Shown here one piece after another: positions 1 through 64,000 of a stretch of DNA of 64,000 bases; positions within the stretch are counted from its first letter, which is position 1, and every line of letters begins with the position of its first letter. A program made the translations under genes and the position numbers. A model generated the notes under the pieces. It was not told the origin of the DNA. It ran no database searches and worked only from the letters and a program-made list of their open reading frames with translations. Source of the DNA: the human T2T-CHM13v2.0 reference genome, Homo sapiens; assembly GCF_009914755.1 (NCBI RefSeq), contig NC_060939.1, one strand, 5' to 3'.

Positions 1-2830
1 AGTTTTCTTCTGTGATTCGGTGGAGACTATCAGCCCAAGATGCTTTAAGTGCACAACATTACAGGGAATGCCTGAGTGCCTGGCCAAAGGGATATTTGGT
101 TTGGCCATCTCTGGATGCCTGATTGCCAAGCTCAGGACCAGGCAATGTGACTTTGCATCAGCAACAACCAGCATCCCTTGACCAGGCCTGGGCCAGAGTA
201 TTGGTCTCCTCTCAGCCCCTGATCCTGTGAAGTAAGGATGTGGGGGAAGACCTGGCAAGGACACAGATGAAACACAAACAATAGTAATTCTCAGGCCATC
301 ATCAGTGGAGCCATGTTAATGTAATCTGATGGCTTCTCCAGGGTCCACAGGAAGTGAAGAATCTGTTTCCCAGCAGTGGACTCAAAACCCATCTGGGCTC
401 CTAACCTTCCTGTAAACCCCTTTAGTGGCTTCATTAGAGCAGGCGTTCAGCTCACTGTTCTATTCATCTCAAGGAATAATGGGCTTAGAGCAGTTTCTGT
501 CCTGCTGGTTAACTTGTTTGGCCTATTCCATTCTGGATTTTGTCAAGCAGTAGACAAGCAATTAGACAAGAACTTGGAGGCACCATTTGTATCCACTTTT
601 TAGACTTAATAGAAACATTGAAGATGAACATAATCTACCAACGAAAGACGTGATTCAATTCAACACTCCCTTCCCATGACCCAGGCTGGGCAAGGAGGCC
701 ACGTGATGTGGAGGGCACATTCCTTGCCTGCACAAACTCACCATCTGTGCACGCAGTGGCCTTCCCTAAAATCAGGGAATTGTTTTAAGTCTTATCAAGC
801 AGCCAAGGGATGAAAGAGAAGGTGGGTTTTCATCAAGACTGGAAGGTGGGGACAGGGATGAGCATGGAGCTGGCCGTGGGCCTGGGGTACCAAGAGACTC
901 CTTGAGAGACCAGGCAAAGCAAGTGATTGGGACAGAGGTTATCTGTCCCAGGTTATCTGGGCATAGATGCAGGTGAGCCCATGGCCCTCCCAGTACCTCC
1001 TGTCTCTGGCCTGTTTTAGAAGGTTCTCTCCTCCCCAAGGAGACACAACAACTCCTAGGGCCACTGAAGATATAACTATTGCCCAGGTTTCTGGTCTCTA
1101 GGCTGGGGAAGTCCTCTGGGTAGGAATCAGCAAGAAGATCCTAAAACAAAAGCTCATCCATTTGCGTTCCATGATGCTGGGATTTACACTTGAGGCTTAG
1201 CTTTGCTCTGCCAACTTCTTCAGAGCTGACACAGGATGAAGGCAATGCCATCCTCAAACACTGCAGGCATCACAGCTAACAATTGTGAAGTCGTCTTAAC
1301 TCACCATAAAAAGGAATCCACTCCCAGGCAGCCCTACTTCTTTGCTTTGCCCAGCATTTTACTGATTCATACATTATCTCACTTGTGCCAACACTCAAGA
1401 AGCAGGCTACACTGACACTGGTATTCCTGCCTCCATATTTTCTTTAAAAGACAAATCAAAGCAGATATATTAAGTGACTGTTCAAGAGCACACTTGGCCC
1501 AAGTGGCAGAGCTTGGACTGGATGCATGTTTTCCAGCTCCTCATCCAGGGCTCTGACCAGTTTAACCTGATGCAGTCACGTGGAGGAGCAGTGCAGGCAC
1601 AGTATGTCCCATAGGCCCAGTGAGATGCATTCTTGGTTGGCTGGCCTTCCACTTGGCTACACAGGGATGTACAAGGCGATCCCATCTTGATAAGACCACC
1701 ACCTCAGAGTATGGAGCTCAGAGAGGGCAGGCATGAAGTTTCCTTGGCTGGTGCACCTAGAATTGGCTGAACTCATGAGAAGTTGATATAGAACAGTGCT
1801 TGCCACAGAGCGGGGACTCGGTAAGCACTTAATGAATGAATGAATTCTAAGTCAATCCAAGAGTCTGATGATTTCTTGAAAAGGGTGTTAGCTAAAGGAT
1901 CTTAGGCATGACTGTAGAATTTGTAGTTGCAATAGAACAGAGAAAGAGGAAGCTTTCTGTCTCCTTAACACTGAGCTGTCATGTTTTAAAGCTTGCTCAC
2001 ATCTTGGCACATTTAAGAGACTGTCACCCCAGGACTCAAAAATAGGGAAGTAACAGTAACGCAGGGGAAACGTTTTCTGTTTGGAGGAGCAAAGGCTGAG
2101 AACACTGTGAAAACATCCTGCGCGCACAATAGTAACCTGGGTAAATGCAGCGTGAAGGGATTTTAGTCACACGTGGTCTTTCTTACAAGGAAGGTGGTGG
2201 GGGTGCAGATGAGGTTGCTAGAGAATGTTAGAGGATCCCTCTCTGGATTGGAGATAGGGAAAGAAAGTTGCACGGCTGCTGAGGCCCCTTCTAGGTGGCA
2301 AGGCTGTGCTCCCTGGTTCTGATGATGTGCCTGGGTGGACATGGCCCCTGTGAGTTTGTACAGTCTTGCAGCAGGATCTAGAGGGGGGATTTCCAGCCAG
2401 GGCTGCTAGACGGAGGCCTACTCTTCCATCTTTCCTGATGGCAGGATGGCCTGGCCAGGGCCTGGAAGACAGAGACCTCCTGCCTCCGCCTCAGTAAGAC
2501 GACAAGGAAAGGCAAATGCCCAAGGGAAAGAAAAGGAAGGCTCTTCTCCCCAGAGTTCCCCATGCAGACATGAGTGCGTGCTCAGTTCAGAATCACTTCC
2601 GAGAACTCATCCCTAATGCTGCAGATTTGGGCTGGAACAGATTCACACTGTCTGGTTTCACCGAGGACATGAAACTCCACCTTGCGGGGATAAAGAGAGA
2701 AAAACAAATTCATCAAATGGAAGACACATTGAAAGTGTTTTTCCTTAATGCTTATCCTGTTTTTAAACCATTATTTCCAAGTTGACACCTTTTTTAAGGA
2801 AAAATAAATATTTTGCGGCATTAAAGCCAT
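1..2830 (+). other. IL16: Probable 3' UTR of IL16 (coding exons lie left of the window)
   Basis: Inferred from known IL16-STARD5 tail-to-tail synteny. Repeat-poor non-coding sequence ending in plus-strand AATAAA (2803) and ATTAAA (2820). No IL16 coding sequence is visible. Confidence 0.6.
2803..2825 (+). terminator. Plus-strand poly(A) signals AATAAA (2803-2808) and ATTAAA (2820-2825)
   Basis: Both hexamers seen directly in an AT-rich block. Confidence 0.6.
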
Positions 2831-3325
2831 ATACAAGGTCTATATCAGAAAAATATATTTGGGGGGCTGCAGCACAGGACTGAGGGAGCGGTACATGCTT
2901 AAAAGGCAACAGGGCCTGGTTTTCAGTGGCGATGATGATTCTCTATGACAGTCAGGGAAACGTGGTCTCTGAGAGTGATGGGCACATAAAGCCTTGGTGC
3001 CAGAGTGCATCGCATGGTGTCCAGGCCGAGTCTCTGTCAGATGGTTAGAGGCCTGGGTCTACCCTGCCAGGAGAGGCGTGTTTGGGTAACAGGCAGATGG
3101 AGTTTGGAACACATGAATGGCTCATCACACGCCAACCCTGAGTGGGGCAGGAGGCAGGAAGGGTGGGCTGCCGCCTCTGGTTGGCATTCTCAGAGATGCG
3201 CAGTCCATCAGCTTGTTCCAAAGAGTGAACACAGGCCTCTGCGTGCTCCCAGGCTCCTTGGTGTCCCAACAGCTGGAGCTCCTCGATGAGTCACGGGAGT
3301 TCTTTGCCAAGAAGTAACGATAGCA

Positions 3326-14171
<10,846 letters not shown>

Positions 14172-15392
14172 TGCGTCGGGAGCTGCGCTTAGCTGCGGGG
14201 TCGCGGGTGTTATGAGCGGCGGCGCTGGATCCCGGGTGCCTGGAGGCTGGAGCTCTGGGAGGAGCTCGTAGCCCCGCCTCTTTCCGCGCCCCCGCTCCCG
14301 AATTGGTCCAGGCCCTCAGACGGATCCCGCCTCCCGGAGATTGGCAGGACAAGGAGACCGCGGGGCCAGGCTCTCCAGTTAGCGTCAGCGCCTGGGCGGG
14401 TCCCGGACGCCTTGGGCGGGCCGGGTAAGGTCCAGCCGTATCCGCCTCCTTCATGTCCCGCTGTGGGAGGGGCTCTGGAGCGCCGGGACTGTGAGATGGC
14501 CAATGACGGTCTGACCCGTTGGGCCGGGCCAGGTCGCGGACAACGTCGACCGTTTGTTTAAGAAGCGTGGACTCTTGTCCTGAGTGCACCGAGGCTTTCA
14601 GCCTGCGGGACAGTGGTGCGATTTGCATTAGAGGTAATATGCTAGGGCGGCTGCTGCAGGGTGGGAGAGGAAATGCGCGTGGAGACTGGGCGCGTGCAAT
14701 GGTGGGAGAGGTGTGTGGCAGGGGTGCGGGGAGTGGGGGTGAAGAGAAGAGGACCCATCGTAGAGTGTTTAGGAGATGGAAGGTGAAGGTCTCTGCCCCC
14801 GATTGTGGATGTTCAGAAGGAGAAAGCATCATGACTCCCAGCCTTGGCCACCTGGCAGCTTACCTGAGATGGAGAAGAGATAGGGTGAGTTCAGTTCTGG
14901 GCATATTTAGTTGGAGGTGCCTGAAGGGCCTTTAGTGCAGGTGTCCAGGAGTCAATGCAATGCGCTGACATCTGCGAGAGGCCCGGCTTTATTAGAGATA
15001 TGGGAGTTCTCTGCTTCCAGCTGCCCTGGAGCTGCGGGGAGTGAGCCAGGGTCGCATCTTCACAGCGTGAATGGCAAGGACAGCCTCGGTTTCCCCTCTT
15101 CTGCGCTATCACCAACTAAATATTTGAAAAGGTTAATACTGAGGTCTATTTCTTATCTTTCTTTTTTATGTACTTATTGTTTCCTTTAAACTTTCGATAT
15201 AAATGTTTGGAAGAGTAGTGTAAACAAATTGACAACTTGAAAGACCTTTTTGGAAGATGTGAAGGGCAGCCAGGCTGTGAAGAAGACCTGGATGGGGAAT
15301 TAGGGAGCTCAAGATCTAAACCCAGTTTCACTCATTATTCTTTGAGCTTCAGTTTACTCCAAGGTGAAATGGGATACATCATAAATGTTCCT

Positions 15393-15703
15393 GGCGGGGT
15401 CCGGTGGCTCACGCCTGTAATCCCAGCACTTTGGGAGGCTGAGGCAGGAGATCACTTGAACCTAGGAGTTCGAGACCAGCCTGAGCAGCATGGCGAGACT
15501 CCGTCTCTACTAAAAATTCAAAAATTAGCCGGGCATGGTGGCGCGGGGCTGTAATCCCAGCTACTTGGGGGGGCTGAGGTGGGAGGATCGCTTCAACCCG
15601 GGAGGCAGAGGCAGCAGTGAACCGTGATCGCGCCACTGCACTCCAGCCTGGGCTGCAGAGCAAGATCCTGTCTCAAAAAGTAATAAAAATAAACAAACAA
15701 ACA
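15393..15703 (+). mobile_element. Alu (AluJ-like)
   Basis: Dimer; TSD ataaatgttcc. Confidence 0.93.
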
Positions 15704-18700
15704 AATAAATGTTCCCTATGCCCTTGTGAAGAGAGAGGGAAGTAACGCATGTAAATACTCTTAGGACCCATAAAAGAAAAGACTAGTAAATTAATCCCAT
15801 TAAAAAATTAAGCACATCAAAATTTCATAAAAAGTTAGATAATATGAGAAAAAAATCGGGACACACTTTAACACATAAGTTTTCTTATCGAACCAAGGGC
15901 TCATACAAATCATTAAGCAATTTTCAGACAACCCCATAAACAAAAAGAATGCATTAGACATGGAAAGATACTTTGTGGAAAAATTAATTGACATGGCTAA
16001 CAAAGCTATAAAAAGATGCAGAACCTCACTCATTGTTAGGGAATTAAAAATTAAAGCAAGGAGAGGCTTTTCTTAAAACCTATTGATGGACAAACATGAA
16101 GTTTGTTTATACCCTGTGTTGGTGAGGGTATGGAGAAATAGTTGTTACACAGCGGATGAGAGTACAAATGTATGCAACCTCCTGGGAACAGAATAACAAC
16201 ATATATTAAAATTTTACTCTACTTGTTCTTTGATCCAGTGACTCTTCCTGCACAAAGATGCATAAAATTAATCTTGCAACTGGAAGTAACCTATTTACCA
16301 GTATATTAACCAAAGTTATAGAACATCCACTTAGTGGAATATTATGTAGCCATCAAAATAACCTAGCCCAGATGGTGGAAAGTGGGGATGGAGTAGACCC
16401 CCTGCAGGACTATAGTAGCACTATTTTGCTCCTAGGAAATGGGAACGTCTGGATATACAAAATATTTGGAGAAGCAAACTGTCCCCGAGGCCTGTGACAA
16501 ACTGGAAGTAGGAGATTGGTGAGGTCAGGGCAGCCTTCAAGCAGAACACTCATTTATTTTATCACCGGAGGCCGGCACAGGGCAGAGTGAGCAGATGATT
16601 GGAACAGAGGGAAGGTGAGAGCTGCCCACACAGTGTTTGCCAGGGGCCTGGGACAGAAATCTATTTTGTAGTCTGTCTGAGGCTGCAGTTTGGAGCTGAA
16701 GGGGATGGAGGAATGACTGAGCTCTGGAGATTCCACTGATCAGAGCCCTTCCCACAAGGTCCTGAGAGGGCTCTGAGTCACCCAGTTGTCCACCAGACTT
16801 CATCAAAGTCCCAGGTGAATACAATTAATAGGTGTATATGGGAGCAGGTAGCCCAGTAGCTTCTAACTCAACACCACCACTAGACAGACTATAGAGGGGA
16901 TGGGCCCAAGTGTCCACATGCTCCAGTCTTACAAGGCCCTGAATAGAGTGGAGTATCTGCTTTCCACTTAGACACTGATGAAGAATTGCATGCATATTTA
17001 CTAAGTTAGCTTGGGCAGGTGCTATGTGAATCTACAAATGTAAGCACGTCGGTATGTTTATTGCTTACTCAGCAATAGCTAATCGTTACTCAGCACTTAC
17101 TTCTTGCTAGCCACTATCCTAAGCACTTTACCTGTTTTGGGCCATTTAACTTAACAATACCGCAGCACCATGAGATAGAGACTACTACTCCCATTTTGCA
17201 AGTTAAGAAAGTGAAGATCATGTAGGGTATCCAAGGCCACATAGCTGGGAAGTGGCAGAGCTGTGGCAAACATACGATTTCTATTTCCAAAGGCCAAATG
17301 TTTACTCATATGCTTTGCTGTCTACTACATCCTATGAGCATATGTAGTGTTAAGTGTGAAACGTGCAAAGATAAAAGAAAACAACAACCTGCAAACCCTA
17401 AAAAGAAGGAAAACACACACACAGAGTAGCTGGAAGATACTACCTTAGGCTAGGGAAGTTAGTCTTTTAGAGATGTGCAGAAAACTTTGCTCTAAGTTTC
17501 CTGGAGCTCATGAATTCTGAGACAAAAGGAGTGACTAAAGGAAGCAATCTGAGGTTACCAAGATATTTACTGAACTACTCTTATCAAAAGGAATTCACTC
17601 TTTAATGGATATAACAGTCTGATCTTTGAGACTTGAGAGGAGTTTGTTATGTAGGTGTTTTAGGAGAGATTTTAATAATGCTGTGGATCATGTCCTCAAT
17701 AATAGTTTGACCAAAGGCAGAAATGTACACCCCCATGGACTGTTACTAAAATACAAAGCAATGTGGTGAAACCACAGTTATGCAAAGGCATTTTTGACAG
17801 AGTGCGTTTTTAGCTTTCTGTTGCTGCAACTTAGACAAGGGCTAGAGTTCAGGGAAGGGAAAGGGATAACTGACTAGCATGTGATGCTTTTGTCAGGAGC
17901 TTTATGAGCTCCTTTTCACAGCGATGATGGTTGATGTCCACAGAAAAATGAACAAAGGTGTTGAATAGGCAATCGGTTCACAGAAGAGGAAATGCAAATG
18001 GCCAGTTGACTTAGGGAGAGATGATAACAATAAGAAATACAAATTAATTAAAATAAGTTGGTATAATTTTTTCATCAGATTGGCAAAAATGATATAGTGT
18101 GACAGTATCAGGCATTGGTGAGGCTATAAGAAAATGGCCCTCTCATGCTCTAGAGGAAGTGTGCACAGACGTCTGGACTCGTGAGGACTAATAAAGGAGC
18201 TGCTAGTGAAAATGAACATGCTCCTCTCTTATGAGCTAGGGATTTCTCTTTTAGGAGGACCGATATTCACTTCTAAGTAAACACTGGCACGTGTGTGTGC
18301 CAAAAAGATACATCAAGACAGACATATAAAAGATGTTTAGTGCAACATTATTTTCAGCAGCAAAGAAGTAGAAATGATTACAATGTCCATCAGTAAAAAA
18401 AAGGATCGATATTATGTAGTTTATTCATGTGATGAAATACTTTGCTACAGTTATGAGTTTGATCTATTTTTTGCTAGAGCTAAAAATATAAGTATGTGCA
18501 TTAATACATGCAGTATAATACTCTTTACTTAAGATGTGCTTACACATTGTTTATGGATGCTTATACGTATATACTCACACATACAACATATAAAACTATA
18601 AACAATTGACCAATGGATGTACTCCAAACTCTTGCTAGTGTGAAGGGAATGAGACTTTGTGTAAGGATTAGAGTAGGCTTTGACCGTATCTGTAATATTT

Positions 18701-19176
18701 TCTTTATTATTAATAGTAACAAAATGGCTTAATGGAAATAAAATAAAATTCCAATTTTGGCAGTTGTTGACTCTCACAGTAGGAATATTGGTGCTTGTCA
18801 CAGTAGACTTTGCACTATTCTATGTCTTTTAAATTTATTTAAATTAAAGACCTAACCCAACAGTAAGTGCCAGAGTGCATGTGAGCTGTGTTGTGCATTG
18901 GAAAGTGATACTCATACTTTCAACCCTGCGTGTGTTTGGCCACTCTCAAATTTTCTTAGGAATGTCTCAGGACCTGCTTGCCCTTAAGTCCTAAAGAAGC
19001 ACCTCCCCACTCCCACACAGACAATGGTGCTCCCACAGGTGTCTGGAGCAAAGGTCAGCCTTTTCCAAAATATGTTTTAATGTCCCAGGGAGCTTGAGGC
19101 CACAGTCCCAGACCAAGCACCAGGAAGAGAGGACCATCATCATGAACCTCCCATGAGCACCTCTATCTCAAAAGCA

Positions 19177-19256
19177 CATTTCCATGGCATTGTAGAACAT
19201 TGAGTCTTAAGCAGACCCATTTCATGGCATTGTAGAACATTGAATCTTAAGCAGAC
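19177..19256. repeat. ~40-bp tandem duplication
   Basis: catggcattgtagaacattga(g/a)tcttaagcagac occurs twice. Confidence 0.9.
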
Positions 19257-19506
19257 TGCAATCTCTTGGATTTGTCATAGCAAGATATTTGAAAATATGT
19301 CCACTCCTCTTCCTAAATTTCAGGAGAGGTGTTAATCTGTGTGTACATTTAAAATGGTGGTATTTATACGGACTTTTCTTTCAGTTTGGAATTGGTAATG
19401 AATCTTAGAATATAACCCTGTGACCAGGCCATTTGTGATTCATTCATTAGGACAATTCTTTCATTTATTTGTTCACCCATTCACATTTAACAGATGTTTA
19501 TTATCT

Positions 19507-20104
19507 ATGGTCGGCCTCCAAGATTGCTGCTCCCTAGTATACATGCCCTATATAATCTTCTTCCCTTGAGTATGCTGGCACTTGTGTATAGGATGAGATT
19601 TTACTCCCAGATATAGTAAAAGTGAAGTGATTTTGAAGATGTAATGAGATCTCCACTCAGTCAACTCTGAGTTAATCAAAAGAGAGTGTCTGGGTGGGCC
19701 TAACCTAATCAGGCGAGCCCTTTTAAAAAGTGGGTTCAGGCCTTCCCTGGAAGGAAGGAGATTCAAAGCTGAAGAAACACTCTCTGGCTTTGAAGAGGCA
19801 AACAGCCATGTTGTGGAGAGGGCCTTGTGGCAGGGAATTGCGGGCAGCCTCTAGGAGTGGAGGGCCTCAGTCCTAGGACCTCAAAGAAATGAATTCTGCC
19901 AACAATCACCTGAGCTTGGAAGAGGACCTTGAACCTCAAATGGGATGCCAGCTCTGGCAGACACCTGGATTATAGCCTGATGAGACCCTGAGCTCAGGAT
20001 CCACCTAAGCTGGGCCTGGACTCCTGATGCATGGAAACTGAGATGATAAGTCTGCATTCTTTTAAGCCTACTAAATTTGTTATGCAGTAATAGAAAATGA
20101 ATAC
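19507..20104 (+). mobile_element. MaLR LTR (MLT1E-like)
   Basis: Typical MLT1 motifs: gaattctgccaacaa, ttttaagcc...aatttgttatgcagtaatagaaaatgaataca. Confidence 0.75.
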
Positions 20105-21120
20105 AATATATAAGTGTCAGTGACTGAAGATGCAGAATGAATACAACACCATTCTTGCTCCAAAGACACAATCTGGTGGAGGAGACAAATGTTTAAAAGA
20201 CACAATTTAGAGTGAAAAGAGTTATGAAAATTTGAATCAGGGTGTGCTCCTCGTTAACCATGGCAGATTGAACACACTGCTGCCCAAACCCTGCAGAATG
20301 CCCGTAGAAGGATCCAAGGACATCAGCCCATAAAGGTGAAGATAATGTGAAGGGGAGAGGGGGCAGGGGGCGTTGGGGGGTGGGGGGAACAGTGCTGTTC
20401 TTCCCTCTGGGCTCATTGGCTGGATGGTGTAAACCTGGCATTTTCTGTGGCTGTGATTTCCTTCTCCATTGACTACATGGAGGAAGCCTGTTGCCAGTAG
20501 GAGAAAATGAGGTCAACAAACATAGAAATAGAGCAGAGAGGTGAAAAGAGATTCCTGAGGGTGCTTTAATGCCCTGGCTCCAGTTGGGCCTGAGGCTAGC
20601 TTGAGTCCCATCCTTCCCAGTTAAGCAAACCAGCAAATCTTAGGGATAAATCATGGATTACTTCCAATCTAAGTGTCCTGACTCATTAATACAGATATAC
20701 TGCCCAGTTAGCAGAGTAAAATAAGTTCTCAATAAATGTTAGTTCCTCTTGTCATTACTAAACTGATTATTCATACAAACTAAGCATTGTGATATCTTTA
20801 AGGGTGGCCATCTGATTTGTGGTGCTTATTAGAGAAGATGACTTTTGTCTGTTGAAAGACAGCATTGCAATACAAACAGTTTACTCGTATCATTCCGATA
20901 TCTCAGCTGAGGCTTCAGCAGGCAGGATGAGATATCTCTGGCTTGCTTATGATTTGCGGTCAACCCAAAAGGAGGCAAAGCACTGAGTTCCATTGAAATG
21001 ATGGCCTGATGTGCTTCTGGATGCAAAGAGCCCCACGGAAACAATCTGCTCATGTGTGGTAGTGTTACAGTAGGTAGCCAGTTAGACATGAGCAGACAGT
21101 GGGGGCTCCTGCCAACGAAA

Positions 21121-21633
21121 TGTTGTGGGACAATCAAAGATGGGAGACACTGAACAGAGTGAGTTCAGGAAAGGTCTTTATTAAAAGGTGATCACCTGGC
21201 TCAGTAGGACTAGCGTCCAGGAAAGTCTGAGCCCTGGATAAAGAAAGCAGCCACCTTTTAAGCAGTCGGTGGCCGGGAGTACGCGAGGCAGGAAGCGTAC
21301 TTACAGAAGCGAGAGCAAAGGCAGTTGTTCAGTCTTTTACATTTATCTATACTACATGTTCCACATCCCTGGGAAACCATGTTTCTGCATCAACCTTGTA
21401 ACTTTGCAGCTGCGCTAGGGTGGTGAAGCAGGAACTCGCTGAGCCTCAAGGAATGTGAAACTAGCAAGTACAGATAAGGCTTGCTGAGCACAGAAGGAAA
21501 AACAGGCAGTTAGTGTTCTTCTTTAACTTAGACTATGGGGGAGCTACACTACACTTAGCTTTTGAAGGAAAAAGTAAAAATTTTTGGTTGTCTTTGATTA
21601 TACTTGTAAAATTCATGAATTCCTTCTTCAACA
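21121..21633 (-). mobile_element. ERV solo LTR (family not identified) nested in MER50
   Basis: TGTTG...CAACA terminal inverted ends; minus-strand TTAAAA box then AATAAA ~55 nt from the 3' end; CAAC on both flanks. Confidence 0.8.
21177..21182 (-). terminator. Candidate TMC3 poly(A) signal AATAAA inside an LTR
   Basis: First minus-strand AATAAA I found downstream of the TMC3 stop (~1.3 kb); sits at the native poly(A) signal position of the LTR. Confidence 0.65.
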
Positions 21634-22490
21634 CAACCCCCAGGAATGTCAGGCGACCATCAGGTGATGGTCAGGTGGCTGCTGATTGTCTCTCTAAAAT
21701 AATAATTGGTCACAGCTGGCACCAGGGAACGACAGTCTCCCAATAGATAGAAAAAACCTGAAACTGGTGATCGGCAGCTTCCCCATAAAATGTCAGGAGT
21801 TGGGCGAGTGGGCTCAAACATGCGCACTAAGAGACAAAATGGAGCATTCCCCTGGTAAGGGAAGAACCTCGAGTGAGCGCGTGCACAACTCCAGTAAACA
21901 CACTGCGCATGCTCCCCTCCCCAGCGCTAGCAGGCCACTACTGCGCATGCGGACAGCCCACCCCAAGGGAAGAAAGGGAAGAATCGTGGGGAGAAGCAAC
22001 GCAAGACCCCGGAAGCATGCCAACGTGTAAAACCCCAAGTCAAAGGTCAAACAGTGCACTGGATCTCTCAAGTCGCCTGCTTGGCCCTCTACTAAGTATG
22101 TTTTACGTTCTTTCATTCCTGCTTTAAAGCTTTTCAGTAAACTTTCATGCCTGCTCTAAAACTTGCCTCAGTCTCTCCTTCTGTCTTGAGCCCCTCTGCC
22201 AAATTCTTTCTTCCGAGGAGGCAAGTATTGAGATTGCTGCAGACCCGTGATGATTCACTGCTGGTGACATACTTTGGTGCCACCTAACTCGGATAAATTT
22301 GGCTAACAGTAGCTGTAGAATAGGTATCTGTAGCCCTGTCAGCCTCAGGGCCTCAGCTAGCAGCCGCTGACCATGCCCCTCAGGTCTCTAACACACTTGT
22401 TCACCTCTTTTTCCAGAAAGGGAGATGCCATGTGCTGGCCCAGCACTCCAACAGGGGCCTGACCTCTAGGAACGGGACACTGGAGGAAGC

Positions 22491-62807
<40,317 letters not shown>

Positions 62808-62927
62808 TCAGGGCATTAAGGAGGAAATCTGATTAGAAGAATTGCTTCCAGCAAAGATCATCTTGCCCTGGGCACAAGTTCAGCATCTCACTGCCCTAGG
62901 GTCATCTGTATGAAATGTGTATGTGTT

Positions 62928-62932
<5 letters not shown>

Positions 62933-62968
<36 letters not shown>
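62933..62968. repeat. (TG)n microsatellite, ~18 units
   Basis: Run seen directly. Confidence 0.97.
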
Positions 62969-62971
<3 letters not shown>

Positions 62972-64000
62972 GTGAGGGACCCACAGAAACAGATAATTTG
63001 CCAGTGTCAGTAGCCTGTTGAAACACATTTATTGGATTCAATTACTTCCACTGGGTCATTAGAAGATAATGATTTCTCAGGGTGCATGATATTATCAGAA
63101 AACACAAGATGAGACAAGAGGGTATTTACGTACTCTTGGATTCCTGAGTAGCAGCAATTTGGGTAGGCAAAATAATTTCTTTTTCAGGCTCATTGAAATA
63201 ATCAGCTAATTTTAGAGGCAGGACTCCTTATGTTACTTGAAGGTAACATAAATCAAAACTTCTGCCACTCAGAAACCCCTCTTCACCCTTTCACGTCAAT
63301 TCATTTTAAGCCTGAGATAACCGAGGCAGAGCCAGGCAAAGCAATTTCTACGAGCGAAAGATTAGCTAAGCAAATTTACATGGGTGAGATATTTCAGGAA
63401 ATAGATACTCTCAAGAGGAACAATTTTCCAACATGTAGCAACATTTACTCCCAGTTACACTTAATATGCTTATCCTAATGCAACATTTTGAGAGGAGTTA
63501 AGAGTATTCATCTATGACTATTAGAAATAAAAGATTTCGTTTGTTATTCTCTAATTCATGTTGTTTTTACTCATTTAGAGGAGAATTTTTTTCAATTTCA
63601 CCAAATTAAATGGTAGCTGTACTTGACCTTTATAAATATTTAACAAATTCGAATAGCACTCTCATCCACTTCTAACTAGCCTGCAGGCTTTTCCAATAAA
63701 CACTTTATTTATCATGATAGACATATTATCTGCTCTCTCTTGACATTGCTGATTGAGTGAACATAGAGAAAACAGGGAAACATATCTGTGGGTTTGGCCA
63801 GCCATAAAGCCAGGTTGGGATGCAAGCTTTTGGATTCTGACCTCCTAGTCAAGAAGCAGCCAGAAGAACCATTTCCCCCCATGCCCATTGCTGAGGTTGC
63901 CATCCTAGTTGTACCACAACCTGGAGAAGTGAGTTTCTGAGTTCATTCTGAAGGACAACTGAGCAGGACAGGGACTTTGTCCCTCGCTCTGGTGACCCAT

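Larger units (their letters stand above)
21063..22269 (+). mobile_element. MER50-like ERV1 LTR, split by a second LTR (pieces 21063-21116 and 21634-22269)
   Basis: TG...CA ends; matches recalled MER50 (ccaggaatgtcaggcgaccatcaggtgatggtcagg, aaaccccaagtcaaaggtcaaac); followed by a PBS-like tggtgcc...actcggat. Confidence 0.8.

Noticed and set aside
21100-21120. tttcgttggcagga after the nested LTR, resembling a tRNA-Ser primer-binding site
   Set aside because: Most of it is explained by the host MER50 sequence and target site; only 4 nt are unexplained.

Overview
Human (primate) genomic DNA from the IL16-STARD5-TMC3 region (15q25 by recall of gene order). I spliced both coding genes by hand. STARD5 is complete on the minus strand: 6 coding exons, 642 nt, 213 aa. 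TMC3 coding exons 2-22 are on the minus strand; exon 1 lies beyond the right edge, and the exon phases chain without a frameshift to a TAG at 22491. The first ~3-4 kb is probably the non-coding 3' end of IL16 on the plus strand, converging on STARD5. A CpG-island promoter sits at ~14.0-14.7 kb. The rest is intronic or intergenic and holds 17 Alus, a very young pre-Ta-type L1 fragment, nested LTRs, DNA transposon fossils, a 78-bp VNTR and microsatellites. I found no new protein-coding system; most track ORFs are chance or Alu-derived. The most interesting signals are in RNA processing and repeat structure: a non-repeat ~150-bp inverted duplication in STARD5 intron 5, a tandem duplication that copies the TMC3 exon 7 donor, a GC-AG intron, complementary CA/TG microsatellites around TMC3 exon 2, and a retroviral LTR that likely supplies the TMC3 poly(A) signal. 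Repeat family names come from recalled consensus sequences and need RepeatMasker/Dfam confirmation.
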